The translations under genes were made by a program, and so were the position numbers. Under the pieces are notes generated by a model. That model had not been told where the DNA came from and ran no database searches. It saw nothing but the letters and a program-made list of their open reading frames with translations. 64,000 bases of DNA from Deferrisomatales bacterium (GTDB lineage Bacteria; Desulfobacterota; Deferrisomatia; Deferrisomatales; JACRMM01). The stretch lies in the NCBI GenBank assembly GCA_033551855.1, contig JAWSUI010000012.1, positions 1-64,000 on the forward strand. The letters are read 5' to 3'. Shown here piece after piece: positions 27,638 to 38,560 of the stretch (position 1 is the first letter of the stretch; each line of letters begins with the position of its first letter).

Positions 27638-28402
27638 TCACCCCCCCCGTCTCCGCTCCCTCGCCTCTTCCGCCTCGCTCCGGCGAAGGTAGACGGGGGC
27701 CAGGGCGGCAGGGGGGGAGGCCCGCCCTTCCCGGAAGGCGCGCTCCCCGAGGAGGGCCACCTGGGCGGGGGAGATGTGCCAGCGGGAGGGGGGAGCGCAG
27801 CAGAGCCCCTCCCCCAGGGCTTCCTCGAAGACGGCCCGGTAGGGCCCCAGGCCGGACCCGAGGGCCAGGAAGGGCCCGCCCAGCTCCCGGGCCCGGTCCG
27901 CGAGCTCCCGCGGAAGCCACGCCCCGGGCAGGACCCCGCAGGCCCCGCTCCGGCCGTGGTAGGCGGCGCCGTACACCTGCCCCTTGCGGGCATCCAGGGC
28001 CGGGACCACCCAGCCGGGAAACGGCATCGCCCCGCGGGCCAGCGCCTCGAGGGTCGAGACCCCCGCGGCGGGAAGCCCCAAGGCGAAGGCCATGCCCTTG
28101 GCCGTGGCGAGGCCCACCCGGAGCCCGGTGAAGGACCCCGGGCCCACCGTCACGGCGACCCCCCCCAGCTCCCCCGGTCCGATCCCGGCCCCGGCCAGGG
28201 CCTCGTCCACCAGGGCGAAGAGCCTCTCCGAGTGGCGGTACGCCGAGGCCTCCACGAGCTCGGCCACGACGCGGCCCTCCACCAGCAGGGCCACGCCCGC
28301 GGTGCCGTCGGCCGTGTCGAGGGCGAGCAGCGGCCGGAATCCACCACCACATCTCGGGGCGGAGTCCGGGAGCCCGGGAGTGCAGCCCCGCACCGCATCC
28401 AC
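27638..28402 (-). CDS. tsaB: tRNA threonylcarbamoyladenosine protein TsaB (start uncertain)
   Basis: LLALDTA, GPGSFTGLRVG, DARKGQVY, PVYLRRSEAE. Confidence 0.92.
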   Translation of the reverse strand: MDAVRGCTPGLPDSAPRCGGGFRPLLALDTADGTAGVALLVEGRVVAELVEASAYRHSERLFALVDEALAGAGIGPGELGGVAVTVGPGSFTGLRVGLATAKGMAFALGLPAAGVSTLEALARGAMPFPGWVVPALDARKGQVYGAAYHGRSGACGVLPGAWLPRELADRARELGGPFLALGSGLGPYRAVFEEALGEGLCCAPPSRWHISPAQVALLGERAFREGRASPPAALAPVYLRRSEAEEARERRRGG

Positions 28403-28548
28403 CGACCCGACCAGGCCGGCGCAAGCGGGTGAAGCCCGGCGCACCGGGGACTGCGGGGACACCCCTTCGAGCGGTCGCGGATTGCGGGGCGAAACCCAGG
28501 GGCTCCCGGACCCCGCTTGCCGACCAGCCGGTGGATCCGGCAGCGGGC

Positions 28549-29622
28549 TCATCCGGTGACGAGGCGGGCCACGTCGTTGTACATGACGTAGGCCATGAGC
28601 ATCAGGAGGATCATCAGGCCCACCTGCTGGGCCACCTCCCGGTTGCGCACGCTCACCGGCTTGCCCCGCACGGCCTCGATCCCGAAGAAGAGCAGGTGCC
28701 CGCCGTCGAGAATCGGGATGGGCAGCAGGTTCAGCACAGCCAGGTTCACCGAGAGCACCGCCACCAGGAAGAGGAAGCTCACGAAACCCGCACGGGCCGT
28801 CTCGCCGGCCATCTGGGCGATGGCGATGGGCCCCCCCAGGTTGCGCGGGCTCACCCGCCCGACGATCATCTTGGCCAGGACCTCCACGGTCAGGGAGGTC
28901 CAGCGGGCGGTCTCTCGCAGGCCGACCCAGGGGGCCGCCCAGACGGGGTACCGGTGGATCTCCACGTCGCCCGAGGGGGCGATGCCGATCATGGGCCGCT
29001 CCACCACCTCACCCAGGAGGTTCCGCGAGGTCCTGCGCGTCGGCACCACGGAGATGGTCAGGAGCTCCCCGTCCCGCTCCACGCCCAGGGCGATCTCGGC
29101 GGCGCCGCCCGAGCCGGCGATGGCTTCCGCCATCTCCTCCCAGGACCCCACCGGCGCGTCCCCCACGGCCACCACCCGGTCGCCGGGCCGCAGGCCTGCC
29201 GCCGCGGCCGGCATGTCGGGGGAGACCTCCCCCACCACCGCCTGGAGGACGGGGCTGCCGAAGAGGCTCAGGAGCCCGAACACGATCACCGCCAGGACGA
29301 AGTTCATCAGGGGGCCGGCCGCGACGATGGACAGGCGGTGGGAGACCGGCCGCGCGCTGAAGCTGACCCGCCCCTCCTCGGGGGGCAGCTCCTCCTCCGG
29401 GTCCTCCCCGTGGAGCTTCACGTACCCCCCCAGGGGGATGGCGGAGATGACGTACTCGGTCTCCGCACGCTTGGTGCCCACGAGCGTGGGCCCGAACCCG
29501 AGGGAAAACTTCAGCACCCGGACCCCGAGCCGTTTGGCCACCAGGAAGTGGCCGAGCTCGTGGACGAAGATCAGGATGCCGAGCAGGACCAGAAACGGGA
29601 CGGTAAAGTGGAAGAAGGACAT
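28549..29622 (-). CDS. rseP: RIP metalloprotease RseP
   Basis: HELGH, PDZ domain, NLLPIPILDGG. Confidence 0.95.
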   Translation of the reverse strand: MSFFHFTVPFLVLLGILIFVHELGHFLVAKRLGVRVLKFSLGFGPTLVGTKRAETEYVISAIPLGGYVKLHGEDPEEELPPEEGRVSFSARPVSHRLSIVAAGPLMNFVLAVIVFGLLSLFGSPVLQAVVGEVSPDMPAAAAGLRPGDRVVAVGDAPVGSWEEMAEAIAGSGGAAEIALGVERDGELLTISVVPTRRTSRNLLGEVVERPMIGIAPSGDVEIHRYPVWAAPWVGLRETARWTSLTVEVLAKMIVGRVSPRNLGGPIAIAQMAGETARAGFVSFLFLVAVLSVNLAVLNLLPIPILDGGHLLFFGIEAVRGKPVSVRNREVAQQVGLMILLMLMAYVMYNDVARLVTG

Positions 29623-30794
29623 CAGCGCATGCTCCTGGCGCCCCTCACGGCGACCCAGTCCCGGGTGAAGGCCCGGGCCCAGCGGTCCACCTCCAGGGCG
29701 GTGTGGACCGTGTCGAGGGGGCGGGGTGAGTGGGTCTGGAGGGCCGCGTCGACCGCCTCCGGAATGGCCAGAAAGGGGAGTCGGCCCTCCAGGAAGGCCG
29801 CCACCGCGGCCTCGTTGGCCCCGGACAGGACCGCAGGGGCGGTTCCCCCCGCCCGCAGGGCCCGGTAGGCCAGGTCCAGGCAGGGGAAGGTCTGCCGGTC
29901 GGGCGGCTCGAAGGTCAGGGGGCCCGCCTCCCAGAGGTCCAGGGAGAGGTCGGGGAGGGGGAGCCGGTCCGGGTAGTGGAGGGCGTAGGCGATGGGCCCC
30001 CGCATGTCCGGAACCCCGAGCTGCGCCAGCAGGGACCCGTCGATGAACTCCACCAGGGAGTGGACGACGCTCTGGGGGTGCAGCGTGACGTCGATCCGCT
30101 CCGGCGGCACCCCGAACAGCCAGTGGGCTTCGATGACCTCGAGGCCCTTGTTCATGAGGGTAGCCGAGTCCACGGTGATCTTCGGTCCCATGGACCAGCG
30201 GGGGTGGTTCAGGGCATCGGCCACCCCGACCTCCCGGAGCCCGGCCCTGCCCTTGCCCCGAAAGGGCCCCCCGGAGGCGGTGAGGATGAGCCGGCGCACG
30301 CTCTCGGGGCTCCGCCCCTCCAGCACCTGGAAGAGCGCCGAGTGCTCGCTGTCCACGGGCAGAAGCCGGGCGCCGCTGCGCCGGGCCGCCTCCATCACCA
30401 ACTCCCCCGCGGCCACCAGGGTCTCCTTGTTGGCCACGGCCACGTCCTTCCCCTCCAGGAGGGCCGCGTAGGTGGGGAGGAGCCCGGCGGCCCCGACGAT
30501 GGCGGCCACGACGAGGTCCACCTCCGGTGCCGACACCACCCGGACCAGGCCCTCGGCACCCCACACGACCTCGGTGGGGCTCCGGAGGAGAGCCGACAGC
30601 CGCTCCGCGTCCTCCGCCGTCGGCACCCCCACGAGGGTCGCCCCGGTCCGGGCCGCCTGCTCGGCGAGGCGCTCCAGCCGGCCGCCGCCGGCGGCCAGGG
30701 AGCGCACGCGAAAGTGGTCGGGGAAGCGGGACACCACGTCGAGGGTGCTCTCCCCGATGGAACCCGTGGAACCGATGACCGCCAGGCCCTTCAC
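29622..30794 (-). CDS. dxr: DXP reductoisomerase
   Basis: GSTGSIG, ANKE, PVDSEH, MGPKITVDSATLMNKGLE. Confidence 0.97.
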   Translation of the reverse strand: MKGLAVIGSTGSIGESTLDVVSRFPDHFRVRSLAAGGGRLERLAEQAARTGATLVGVPTAEDAERLSALLRSPTEVVWGAEGLVRVVSAPEVDLVVAAIVGAAGLLPTYAALLEGKDVAVANKETLVAAGELVMEAARRSGARLLPVDSEHSALFQVLEGRSPESVRRLILTASGGPFRGKGRAGLREVGVADALNHPRWSMGPKITVDSATLMNKGLEVIEAHWLFGVPPERIDVTLHPQSVVHSLVEFIDGSLLAQLGVPDMRGPIAYALHYPDRLPLPDLSLDLWEAGPLTFEPPDRQTFPCLDLAYRALRAGGTAPAVLSGANEAAVAAFLEGRLPFLAIPEAVDAALQTHSPRPLDTVHTALEVDRWARAFTRDWVAVRGARSMR

Positions 30795-30800
30795 GGGCTC

Positions 30801-31589
30801 TCAGCCTCCCAAGGAGAGAATCGCGGCATAGAGGGGCAGGGTGGGGAGGAAGCCGTCCACCCGGTCCAACACCCCCCCGTGGCCGGGAAAGACGGTTCCG
30901 GAATCCTTGACTCCCGCGCAGCGCTTGAGCAGCGACTCCAGGAGATCTCCTGCCTGGGCCACCAGGTTCAGCCCCGCCCCCAACAGGAGCCCTCCCCCGA
31001 GGGAGTGGGGTACGGGAAGGAGCACGGTCAGGAGCACGGCCACCGTCGCCGAGGCCACGAGACCCCCGGCGGACCCCTCGAGGGTCTTGTTGGGGCTCAC
31101 GGCCGGGGCGAGGGGGGACGAGCCGAAGGCCCGGCCCGTGTAGTACGCCGCGGTGTCGCCCGCCCACACGACCCCCAGGAGGAAGAGCACGGCGGAGATC
31201 CCGTGGCTCCGCACCCACACCGCGTGACCCAGGAAGAAGGCCACCAGGAGCCAGGCCCCCGCCACCGCCCCCCACCGGCGCAGGGTCTCGGCGGTCGGGC
31301 CGGGCCCGAAGGCCCATCCGCCCAGGTACAGCAAGACCCCCAGCGCCAGGAGGCCCCCCGGAACCGCCGCGGAGCCGGAGAGGAAGCCCAACACGATGAC
31401 CCCCGCCCAGGCGGCCACGAAGGCCTCTTCCAGGGGGTTCGCCTCGGGGCAGAACAGGCGCCGGGCCTCCCAGGCCCCGCCGGCGGCCGCCAGGGCCACC
31501 ACCACCGCGAACACCGCGACCCCGCCGAGGAAGAGCACGGCGAGGAAGAGAGGACCGAGGACCAGGGCGGTCTTGACGCGGTCGTTCAC
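30801..31589 (-). CDS. cdsA: Phosphatidate cytidylyltransferase
   Basis: SPNKTLEG, GDLLESLLKR, KDSG..PGHGGVLDRVD. Confidence 0.95.
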   Translation of the reverse strand: MNDRVKTALVLGPLFLAVLFLGGVAVFAVVVALAAAGGAWEARRLFCPEANPLEEAFVAAWAGVIVLGFLSGSAAVPGGLLALGVLLYLGGWAFGPGPTAETLRRWGAVAGAWLLVAFFLGHAVWVRSHGISAVLFLLGVVWAGDTAAYYTGRAFGSSPLAPAVSPNKTLEGSAGGLVASATVAVLLTVLLPVPHSLGGGLLLGAGLNLVAQAGDLLESLLKRCAGVKDSGTVFPGHGGVLDRVDGFLPTLPLYAAILSLGG

Positions 31590-32326
31590 GGGCTGCCTCC
31601 GTTGAGCTGCTCGGTGGTCAGGCCGAATCTCCTTTCCCGCCGGGAGAACTCCCGCAGGGCCTCGCCGAAGGCGTCTTCCCGGAAGTCCGGCCACAGGGCG
31701 TCGGCGACATAGATCTCCGTGTACGCGATCTGCCAGAGGAGGAAGTTGGAGACCCGCACCTCTCCGCTGGTCCGGATCAGCAGGTCCGGGTCGGGGACGT
31801 CCGGTGCGTAGAGGTGCCGGCGGAAGGACGCCTCGTCCAGGGCGGCGGGGTCCGCGCCTTCGGCCAGGAGGGCCCGCACCGCCGCCACGATCTCGGCCCG
31901 GCCCCCATAGGACAGCGCCAGGACGAGGTCGAGCCCGGAGCACTCGCGGGTCTGCTCCTCGGCCCAGCGCAGGGCCGCCAGGCTGGCCGCCGGGAGCCGC
32001 TCCACGTCGCCGATGGAGCGCACCCGAACCCCCCGGGCCCGGAGCTCCGGCACCTCCGCCCGCAGGAAGCGGCCCAGGAGCCCCATGATCGCCCGCACTT
32101 CCCGGGCGGGGCGCTTCCAGTTTTCGGAGGAGAAGGCGTACAGGGTCAGGTAGCGGACGCCGCTCTCCCGTGCCGCCCGGACCACCGCCCGGACCGACTC
32201 GATGCCTTCCCGGTGCCCCCGGATGCGGTGCCAGCCCCGTGCCCGGGCCCAGCGCCCGTTGCCGTCCATGATGAGGGCCACGTGTCGGGGCACGGTCGGG
32301 CTGGGGGGAGCACGGCGCGAAGGCAT
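31586..32326 (-). CDS. uppS: Undecaprenyl diphosphate synthase
   Basis: IMDGNGRW, FSSENWKRP, IRTSGE.RVSNF. Confidence 0.97.
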   Translation of the reverse strand: MPSRRAPPSPTVPRHVALIMDGNGRWARARGWHRIRGHREGIESVRAVVRAARESGVRYLTLYAFSSENWKRPAREVRAIMGLLGRFLRAEVPELRARGVRVRSIGDVERLPAASLAALRWAEEQTRECSGLDLVLALSYGGRAEIVAAVRALLAEGADPAALDEASFRRHLYAPDVPDPDLLIRTSGEVRVSNFLLWQIAYTEIYVADALWPDFREDAFGEALREFSRRERRFGLTTEQLNGGSP

Positions 32327-32353
32327 GGCGAAGGAGGCATCTCCGAGGGGCGG

Positions 32354-32920
32354 CTACACCTCGAGGATCTCGGCCTCTTTCTTCTTCTGGAGCTCGTCTG
32401 CCTTTTGCACGTACTGGTCCGTGATCTTCTGGACCTCATCCTTCGTCCGCCGGACCCCGTCCTCGGGAAGGGACTCCTCCTTCTGGAGGGCGTCGAGCTG
32501 GGCGTTGGCGTCGCGCCGGGTGTTGCGGATCGCCACCTTGGCGTCCTCCGTCATCCCCCTGACGACCTTCGCGAGCTCCTTCCGGCGTTCCTCGGTGAGC
32601 TTCGGGATCGGGATGCGGATCACGTTTCCGTCGTTCGTGGGGTTGAGGTCCATCTGGGACTGGAGGATGGCCCGCTCGATGGCGGGGATGAGGGACCTGT
32701 CCCAGGGCTGGATCGCGATGAGGCGAGGCTCCGGGATGGAGAGGCTGCCCACCTGGTTGAGGGGCGTGGGCGTGCCGTAATACTCGACCCGGATGCCGTC
32801 TACCAGGCTCAGGCTCGCACGGCCCGTGCGCACCCGGCCGAAGTTGCGCTGGAGAGCCTCCAGGGCCCGCTCCATGCCCTGTTTCGCCTCGTTGACGACT
32901 GCGTCGGGGGTGTCGGCCAT
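32354..32920 (-). CDS. frr: Ribosome recycling factor
   Basis: RTGRA, YYG, PKLTEERRKEL. Confidence 0.97.
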   Translation of the reverse strand: MADTPDAVVNEAKQGMERALEALQRNFGRVRTGRASLSLVDGIRVEYYGTPTPLNQVGSLSIPEPRLIAIQPWDRSLIPAIERAILQSQMDLNPTNDGNVIRIPIPKLTEERRKELAKVVRGMTEDAKVAIRNTRRDANAQLDALQKEESLPEDGVRRTKDEVQKITDQYVQKADELQKKKEAEILEV

Positions 32921-32924
32921 GGCT

Positions 32925-34305
<1,381 letters not shown>

Positions 34306-34366
34306 GGCGTCACACCCTCGCGAAAAAAGTCATGTCGAGACGACACGAAAGGTACTCCATCGACTC

Positions 34367-35146
34367 TCACGCCTCCGGCTCCACCTCGAAGGCCTCGGCC
34401 CCTTCGGGCTCGGCGCTCTCCACGGGGGAGAGCTCCCCCTCTTCCTGGGCGAAGTACTCCTGCTGCCGGCCCTTGCCCTCGAGAACGGCGTCCGCCACCT
34501 TCGAAGTGAAGAGCTTGATGGACCGGATGGCGTCGTCGTTGCCCGGGATGGGGTGGTCGATGAGCTCGGGGTCGCAGTTGGTGTCGGCGATGGCCACGAT
34601 CGGGATTCCCAGCCGGTTCGCCTCGCGCACGGCGATGTCCTCCCGGGCCGGGTCGACGATGAAGACGACCTTCGGCAGGTTCTTCATGTCCTTGATCCCG
34701 CCCAGTGCCCGCTCCGCCTTGGCCTTTTCCCGCTGGATCCTGAGACCCTCCTTCTTGGGCAGCAGATCGAGGGTGCCGTCGGTGAGGATGCGCTCCATCT
34801 CCCGGTAGCGCTCGATGCTGCGCTTGATGGTCTGGAAGTTGGTCAGGGTGCCCCCCAGCCAGCGGTGGTTGACGAAGTACTCGCCGCAGCGGTTCGCCTC
34901 TTCCTGGATGATGTCTGCCGCCTGGCGCTTGGTGCCCACGAAGAGCACGCGCCCCCCGCGGGAGGCCACGTCCCGGATGACGTCGTAGGACGTCCGGAAC
35001 AGCTTGACGGTCTGGGACAGGTCCACGATGTGGATCCCGTTGCGCTCCGTGAAGATGAAGCGTTTCATCTTGGGGTTCCACCGGTGGGTCTGGTGGCCGA
35101 AGTGGACGCCGGCCTCCAGCATTTCTCGCATTGTTGCCGTTGCCAT
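34367..35146 (-). CDS. rpsB: 30S ribosomal protein S2
   Basis: [32 protein letters not shown]. Confidence 0.98.
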   Translation of the reverse strand: MATATMREMLEAGVHFGHQTHRWNPKMKRFIFTERNGIHIVDLSQTVKLFRTSYDVIRDVASRGGRVLFVGTKRQAADIIQEEANRCGEYFVNHRWLGGTLTNFQTIKRSIERYREMERILTDGTLDLLPKKEGLRIQREKAKAERALGGIKDMKNLPKVVFIVDPAREDIAVREANRLGIPIVAIADTNCDPELIDHPIPGNDDAIRSIKLFTSKVADAVLEGKGRQQEYFAQEEGELSPVESAEPEGAEAFEVEPEA

Positions 35147-35293
35147 GGGGTTCCTCCGCGTGTGGTTTTTTGTTCCTCCGCCCCCTTCGTCCCGCCTTCC
35201 GACGTCGGGACCGCCCCGACGCACCACCGGCAGTCAGGGGGCGTGTGAAATGGCAAGCGCGTATTTATAGGACAGAGGGGCGCGACAGTTCAA
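35147..35293 (-). promoter_or_regulatory. rpsB promoter and structured leader (probable S2 autoregulatory RNA)
   Basis: TTGAAC-18 nt-TATAAA on the minus strand. The leader starts CACACGCCCCC and pairs with GGGGGCG. Confidence 0.55.
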
Positions 35294-35521
35294 GAAAAAA
35301 GCCCGTTCCGGGGTCCACCGCCCGGGACGTGCCCGGGGCCGGGGAGCCCCTCCGCTGCACTCCAGGGCTCCCCGGCCCCGCCCGGAAACCTGTCGAGATC
35401 CTCTTGGTCGCCGGCGACGGTGCGCCCCCCGGCTTGACGTCCCCCTCGGGGGGTGCTTGACTGGCGGAGCCGGCCTGCGCAGGGCGCCGGCTCGTGCATC
35501 CCGAACCCCGGGAGGTGCCCC

Positions 35522-35863
35522 GTGAAGCTGATCCAGGCCATCGTCAACACCGACCGACTCGACGCCATCCGGGATCGGCTCTTCGAGCTCGGCGCCCCGG
35601 GGCTCACCGTGGACAGCGTGACCGGGATCGGAAAGCCCCTCGGCCAGATGCGCTACTCCGAGACTCGGGGGTTCGTGCCGAGGTTCTTCCCCAACAGCCG
35701 GGTACAGGTGGTCCTGGAAGACGACCGGGTGCCCGAGGTGGTGGCGGCGATCCAGGAGGTCTGCCGGACGGGGCACTTCGGCGACGGCAAGATCTTCGTC
35801 ATCCCGGTGGAGGAGGTCGTGCGGATCCGCACCGGGGAGACGGGCAAGCAGGCCCTGTACTGA
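35522..35863 (+). CDS. P-II family protein, non-canonical
   Basis: GLTV..V.G.G, RTGHFGDGKIFVIPVEEVVRIRTGE; 113 aa. Confidence 0.92.
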   Translation: MKLIQAIVNTDRLDAIRDRLFELGAPGLTVDSVTGIGKPLGQMRYSETRGFVPRFFPNSRVQVVLEDDRVPEVVAAIQEVCRTGHFGDGKIFVIPVEEVVRIRTGETGKQALY

Positions 35864-36034
35864 CTGCCGCCCCCCCGGGGACGAGTGAGTTGCCCATGCC
35901 CTTCGGGTCACCCCGAGGGATGAAACGCCGACCGGTCGCGGGCCGGTCGCCCTCACCCCAGTCCCCTCTCCCGGGGGGAGAGGGGATTCAAGGAAGGTGC
36001 GTTTCTTTCCGGGCGCGGCGGGTCCGAGACCGGA

Positions 36035-36101
36035 GCTTCGAACCTGGAACCTCGAACTTCGAACCTCGAACAGCCCCCAGCCCTCCGTCCTCAGTCCTCG
36101 G
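36035..36101. repeat. Heptamer tracts (GAACCTC; TCCGTCC)
   Basis: CTTCGAACCTGGAACCTCGAACTTCGAACCTCGAACAGCCC..CCTCCGTCCTCAGTCCTC. Confidence 0.8.
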
Positions 36102-37014
36102 GCCTCCGGAGCAAGGGGGACTCCAGGGGCACGAGTTGGATCTCGATCCGCCGGTTTCGGGCCCGCCCCTCGGGCGTGTCGTTGGGGCCCACCGGCCGAT
36201 AGGGGCCGAAGCCGGCGGCCGACAGCCTCTCGGGGGGGATCCCCGCCGACTCCTGGAGGTAGCGCACCACACTCGTGGCGCGGGCCGTCGAGAGCTCCCA
36301 GTTGGTGGGAAACACCCTGGCCAGCTCCCCGGAGATCCGCCGGTCGTCGGTGTGCCCCTCGATGACGATGGCCTTGTCCTCGAGGCCCTTGAGGACCTCG
36401 CCGACCCGGGCCAGGACCTCCCTCCCCTCGGCCTTGACGGCAGCGCTGCCCGAGTCGAACAGGATCTCGTCGAGCAGGTTGACGCTGAGCTGCCCCTTGA
36501 GCTGGGAGATGGTGACCCGGCCCCGCTCCACCTCCTCCCGCATCCCCTCCACCAACCCGTCGTAGGTGCGGGCGATCTCGTCGAGCTTCTCGCGCTTCTC
36601 CCGCTCCAGCCGCTCCTTCTCCAGGGCGAGAACCTCGATCTGCGCGTCGCGCTGGGCCAACTGCCCCCGGAAGGACTCCTCCGCCGCGACCCTGGACCGC
36701 CTTTGGAGGTCCAGGTCGGCCTGGAGCCCGGCCTCCCGGTCCAGGCACCGCTCCAGCTCCCCGCTGACCTGCCCCCCCGCGCCCTCGGCCCGGCGCACGT
36801 CCTCCTGCAGCCGGACGTTCTCGTTCCGGCAGGCGGAGAGGCCCGCCTCCGCCTCGCCCCGCCGGGCCGCCTCCGCCTCGAGACGGGCCTGGAGGTCCGC
36901 GGTCCGGGCTTCCAGGTCCTGGGTCCGGACCACCTGCCCCTGGTAGAGCTCCTTGGAGACCCCGCACCCGGCCAGCGCGGCCGCTGTCACCAAGAGGATG
37001 CCGATACGTCTCAT
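36091..37014 (-). CDS. OmpA/MotB-family coiled-coil lipoprotein
   Basis: Lipobox LAGC; EGHTD, NWELSTARA, NRRIEI. Confidence 0.92.
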   Translation of the reverse strand: MRRIGILLVTAAALAGCGVSKELYQGQVVRTQDLEARTADLQARLEAEAARRGEAEAGLSACRNENVRLQEDVRRAEGAGGQVSGELERCLDREAGLQADLDLQRRSRVAAEESFRGQLAQRDAQIEVLALEKERLEREKREKLDEIARTYDGLVEGMREEVERGRVTISQLKGQLSVNLLDEILFDSGSAAVKAEGREVLARVGEVLKGLEDKAIVIEGHTDDRRISGELARVFPTNWELSTARATSVVRYLQESAGIPPERLSAAGFGPYRPVGPNDTPEGRARNRRIEIQLVPLESPLLRRPED

Positions 37015-37180
37015 GCCTTTCCTCCCTTCCTCCCATACCTCGTCGATATCTTGGGTGCTTCTCTGGGCAAGGAGCCGGAACACCTTGGCTCACCCGGTGA
37101 ATGACCGGGTACTCGTCTCCAGGGACGATCGGGTGGGCCCGACCACGTAGCTCGACCGGACCAGCTGCTTCGGGAGACCC

Positions 37181-37247
37181 GTAGGGTGGGCACCGCCCAC
37201 CGCAACCACGGCCACGACCGGAAACCGGTGGGCCGTGCCCACCCTAC
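37181..37247. repeat. GTAG-type REP doublet (BIME-like)
   Basis: GTAGGGTGGGCACCGCCCACC..GGTGGGCCGTGCCCACCCTAC; near-identical to 40166-40232. Confidence 0.9.
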
Positions 37248-37346
37248 CGCCGGCCTTCGGCCCGTCTCGTGGTCCGGAGACCCCTCCCACAACGGCTCAA
37301 GCACGACGGCCTCCGGCCCACAACCTCTCCGGACGACCCCCCCCTC

Positions 37347-38201
37347 TCACCGGGGGGCCGGGTGGCCGGCAGGGCAGCCTGCCGCCGCCCTGCCCCCCTC
37401 CTCCCCGCCCTCCTCCGGGGAAAACACGGTGGTCACCGTGATCGCCTCGCAGGCGGTGCAGTCGAGACATCGGATGCAGTGCCCGGTGTTCGCGCCTTCG
37501 TAGACCCGGATCTCCATCGGGCACACGGCGAGGCACTTGTCGCAGTGGGTGCACCGGTCGGCGTCCCAGCGCAGGCGCAGGAAGCTCAGGCGGTTGAAGA
37601 GCCCCAGGAGCGCCCCGAGGGGGCAGGATGTCTGGCAGAACGGCCGCCGGGCCACCACCGAGGAGGCCAGGAAGAAGAGCAGAATCGCCATCTTGATCCA
37701 GAACAGGTCCCGGACCAGGGCCCGGATGTCGGGGCTGAGGACCACCCACGGCACCCCCCCCATGAGGGTGCCCACAGGGCAGAGCTTCGAGAACCAGCTC
37801 TCCCCGCTGAACCAGGGCACCACGAAGACCAGGGAGATCAGGAAGAGGTATGGGAAAGGGCGCACGTAGCGCGGCAGGGCGATCTTGACGGACGGCACCT
37901 TGTAGAGGAGCTCCTGGAGAAACCCGAAAGGGCAGAGGGTGCCGCAGGGCATGCGCCCCACGAGGGCGCCGACGGCCCCCAGGGACCCCAGGACGTAGTA
38001 CGGCACCCGGTGGAGGACCATGAAGTGCTGGATCGCCCCGATGGGGCAGGAGAAGAGGGCCGAGGGGCACGCGTAGCAGTTGAGGACCGGGACGCACACG
38101 CCCTTGGCCCGCCCCTGATACAAGGTCTTGGCGAGGAAGCCCTGGACGTAGGCGTTGGCGCCGAGGGCCGCCGCGAGCTGTGCGTACCGCCTCGTCCTCA
38201 T
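37347..38201 (-). CDS. Membrane polyferredoxin (NapH/MauN-like 4Fe-4S binding protein)
   Basis: CVPVLNCYACP, CGTLCPFG, RPFCQTSCPLG, CTHCDKCLAVCPM, CIRCLDC. Confidence 0.9.
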   Translation of the reverse strand: MRTRRYAQLAAALGANAYVQGFLAKTLYQGRAKGVCVPVLNCYACPSALFSCPIGAIQHFMVLHRVPYYVLGSLGAVGALVGRMPCGTLCPFGFLQELLYKVPSVKIALPRYVRPFPYLFLISLVFVVPWFSGESWFSKLCPVGTLMGGVPWVVLSPDIRALVRDLFWIKMAILLFFLASSVVARRPFCQTSCPLGALLGLFNRLSFLRLRWDADRCTHCDKCLAVCPMEIRVYEGANTGHCIRCLDCTACEAITVTTVFSPEEGGEEGGRAAAGCPAGHPAPR

Positions 38202-38252
38202 GACCTCTCCGGGGCGCGGCGACGTGCCCCCGGTGCCTCCGGTGCCTGTCGT

Positions 38253-38268
38253 GGGGTCACCCGACCCC
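38253..38268 (-). promoter_or_regulatory. Putative bacterial SECIS hairpin
   Basis: mRNA GGGGUC-GGGU-GACCCC (6-bp stem, G-rich loop) 12 nt after the UGA. Confidence 0.7.
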
Positions 38269-38505
38269 GATGCAGCTCAGTCAGAGGAGCTGGCCGTTGA
38301 GGAGGACGGTCCCCCATTCCCCGAGCGAGAGCCCCAGGGTCAAGGACACCACCGCGAGCACGAGGACTGCGACCCAGGCCGTGCGCCTCCAGGCCAGGGC
38401 CCGGCGCCCGCCCCCCGCCGTCGCGGCCAGCAGCCCGAGCAGCCCGAGAAGGACCGCCAACCCGCCCGCCTCCCCCCAGGTCAGGAGTTCGTCCCAGCGT
38501 TCCAT
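38257..38505 (-). CDS. Probable selenoprotein, CD1871A-type small membrane protein with C-terminal UxxC (..NGQLL-U-LSCIGVG)
   Basis: Read-through of TGA 38281-38283 restores the C-x-x-C-I-G-x-G family tail. A hairpin starts 12 nt downstream of the TGA. Confidence 0.8.
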
Positions 38506-38560
38506 CCTACCTCCCCGCCCCTGTTCGGCCCCGCGCCCGCCCCCCCGGACCCGGGGCGCC

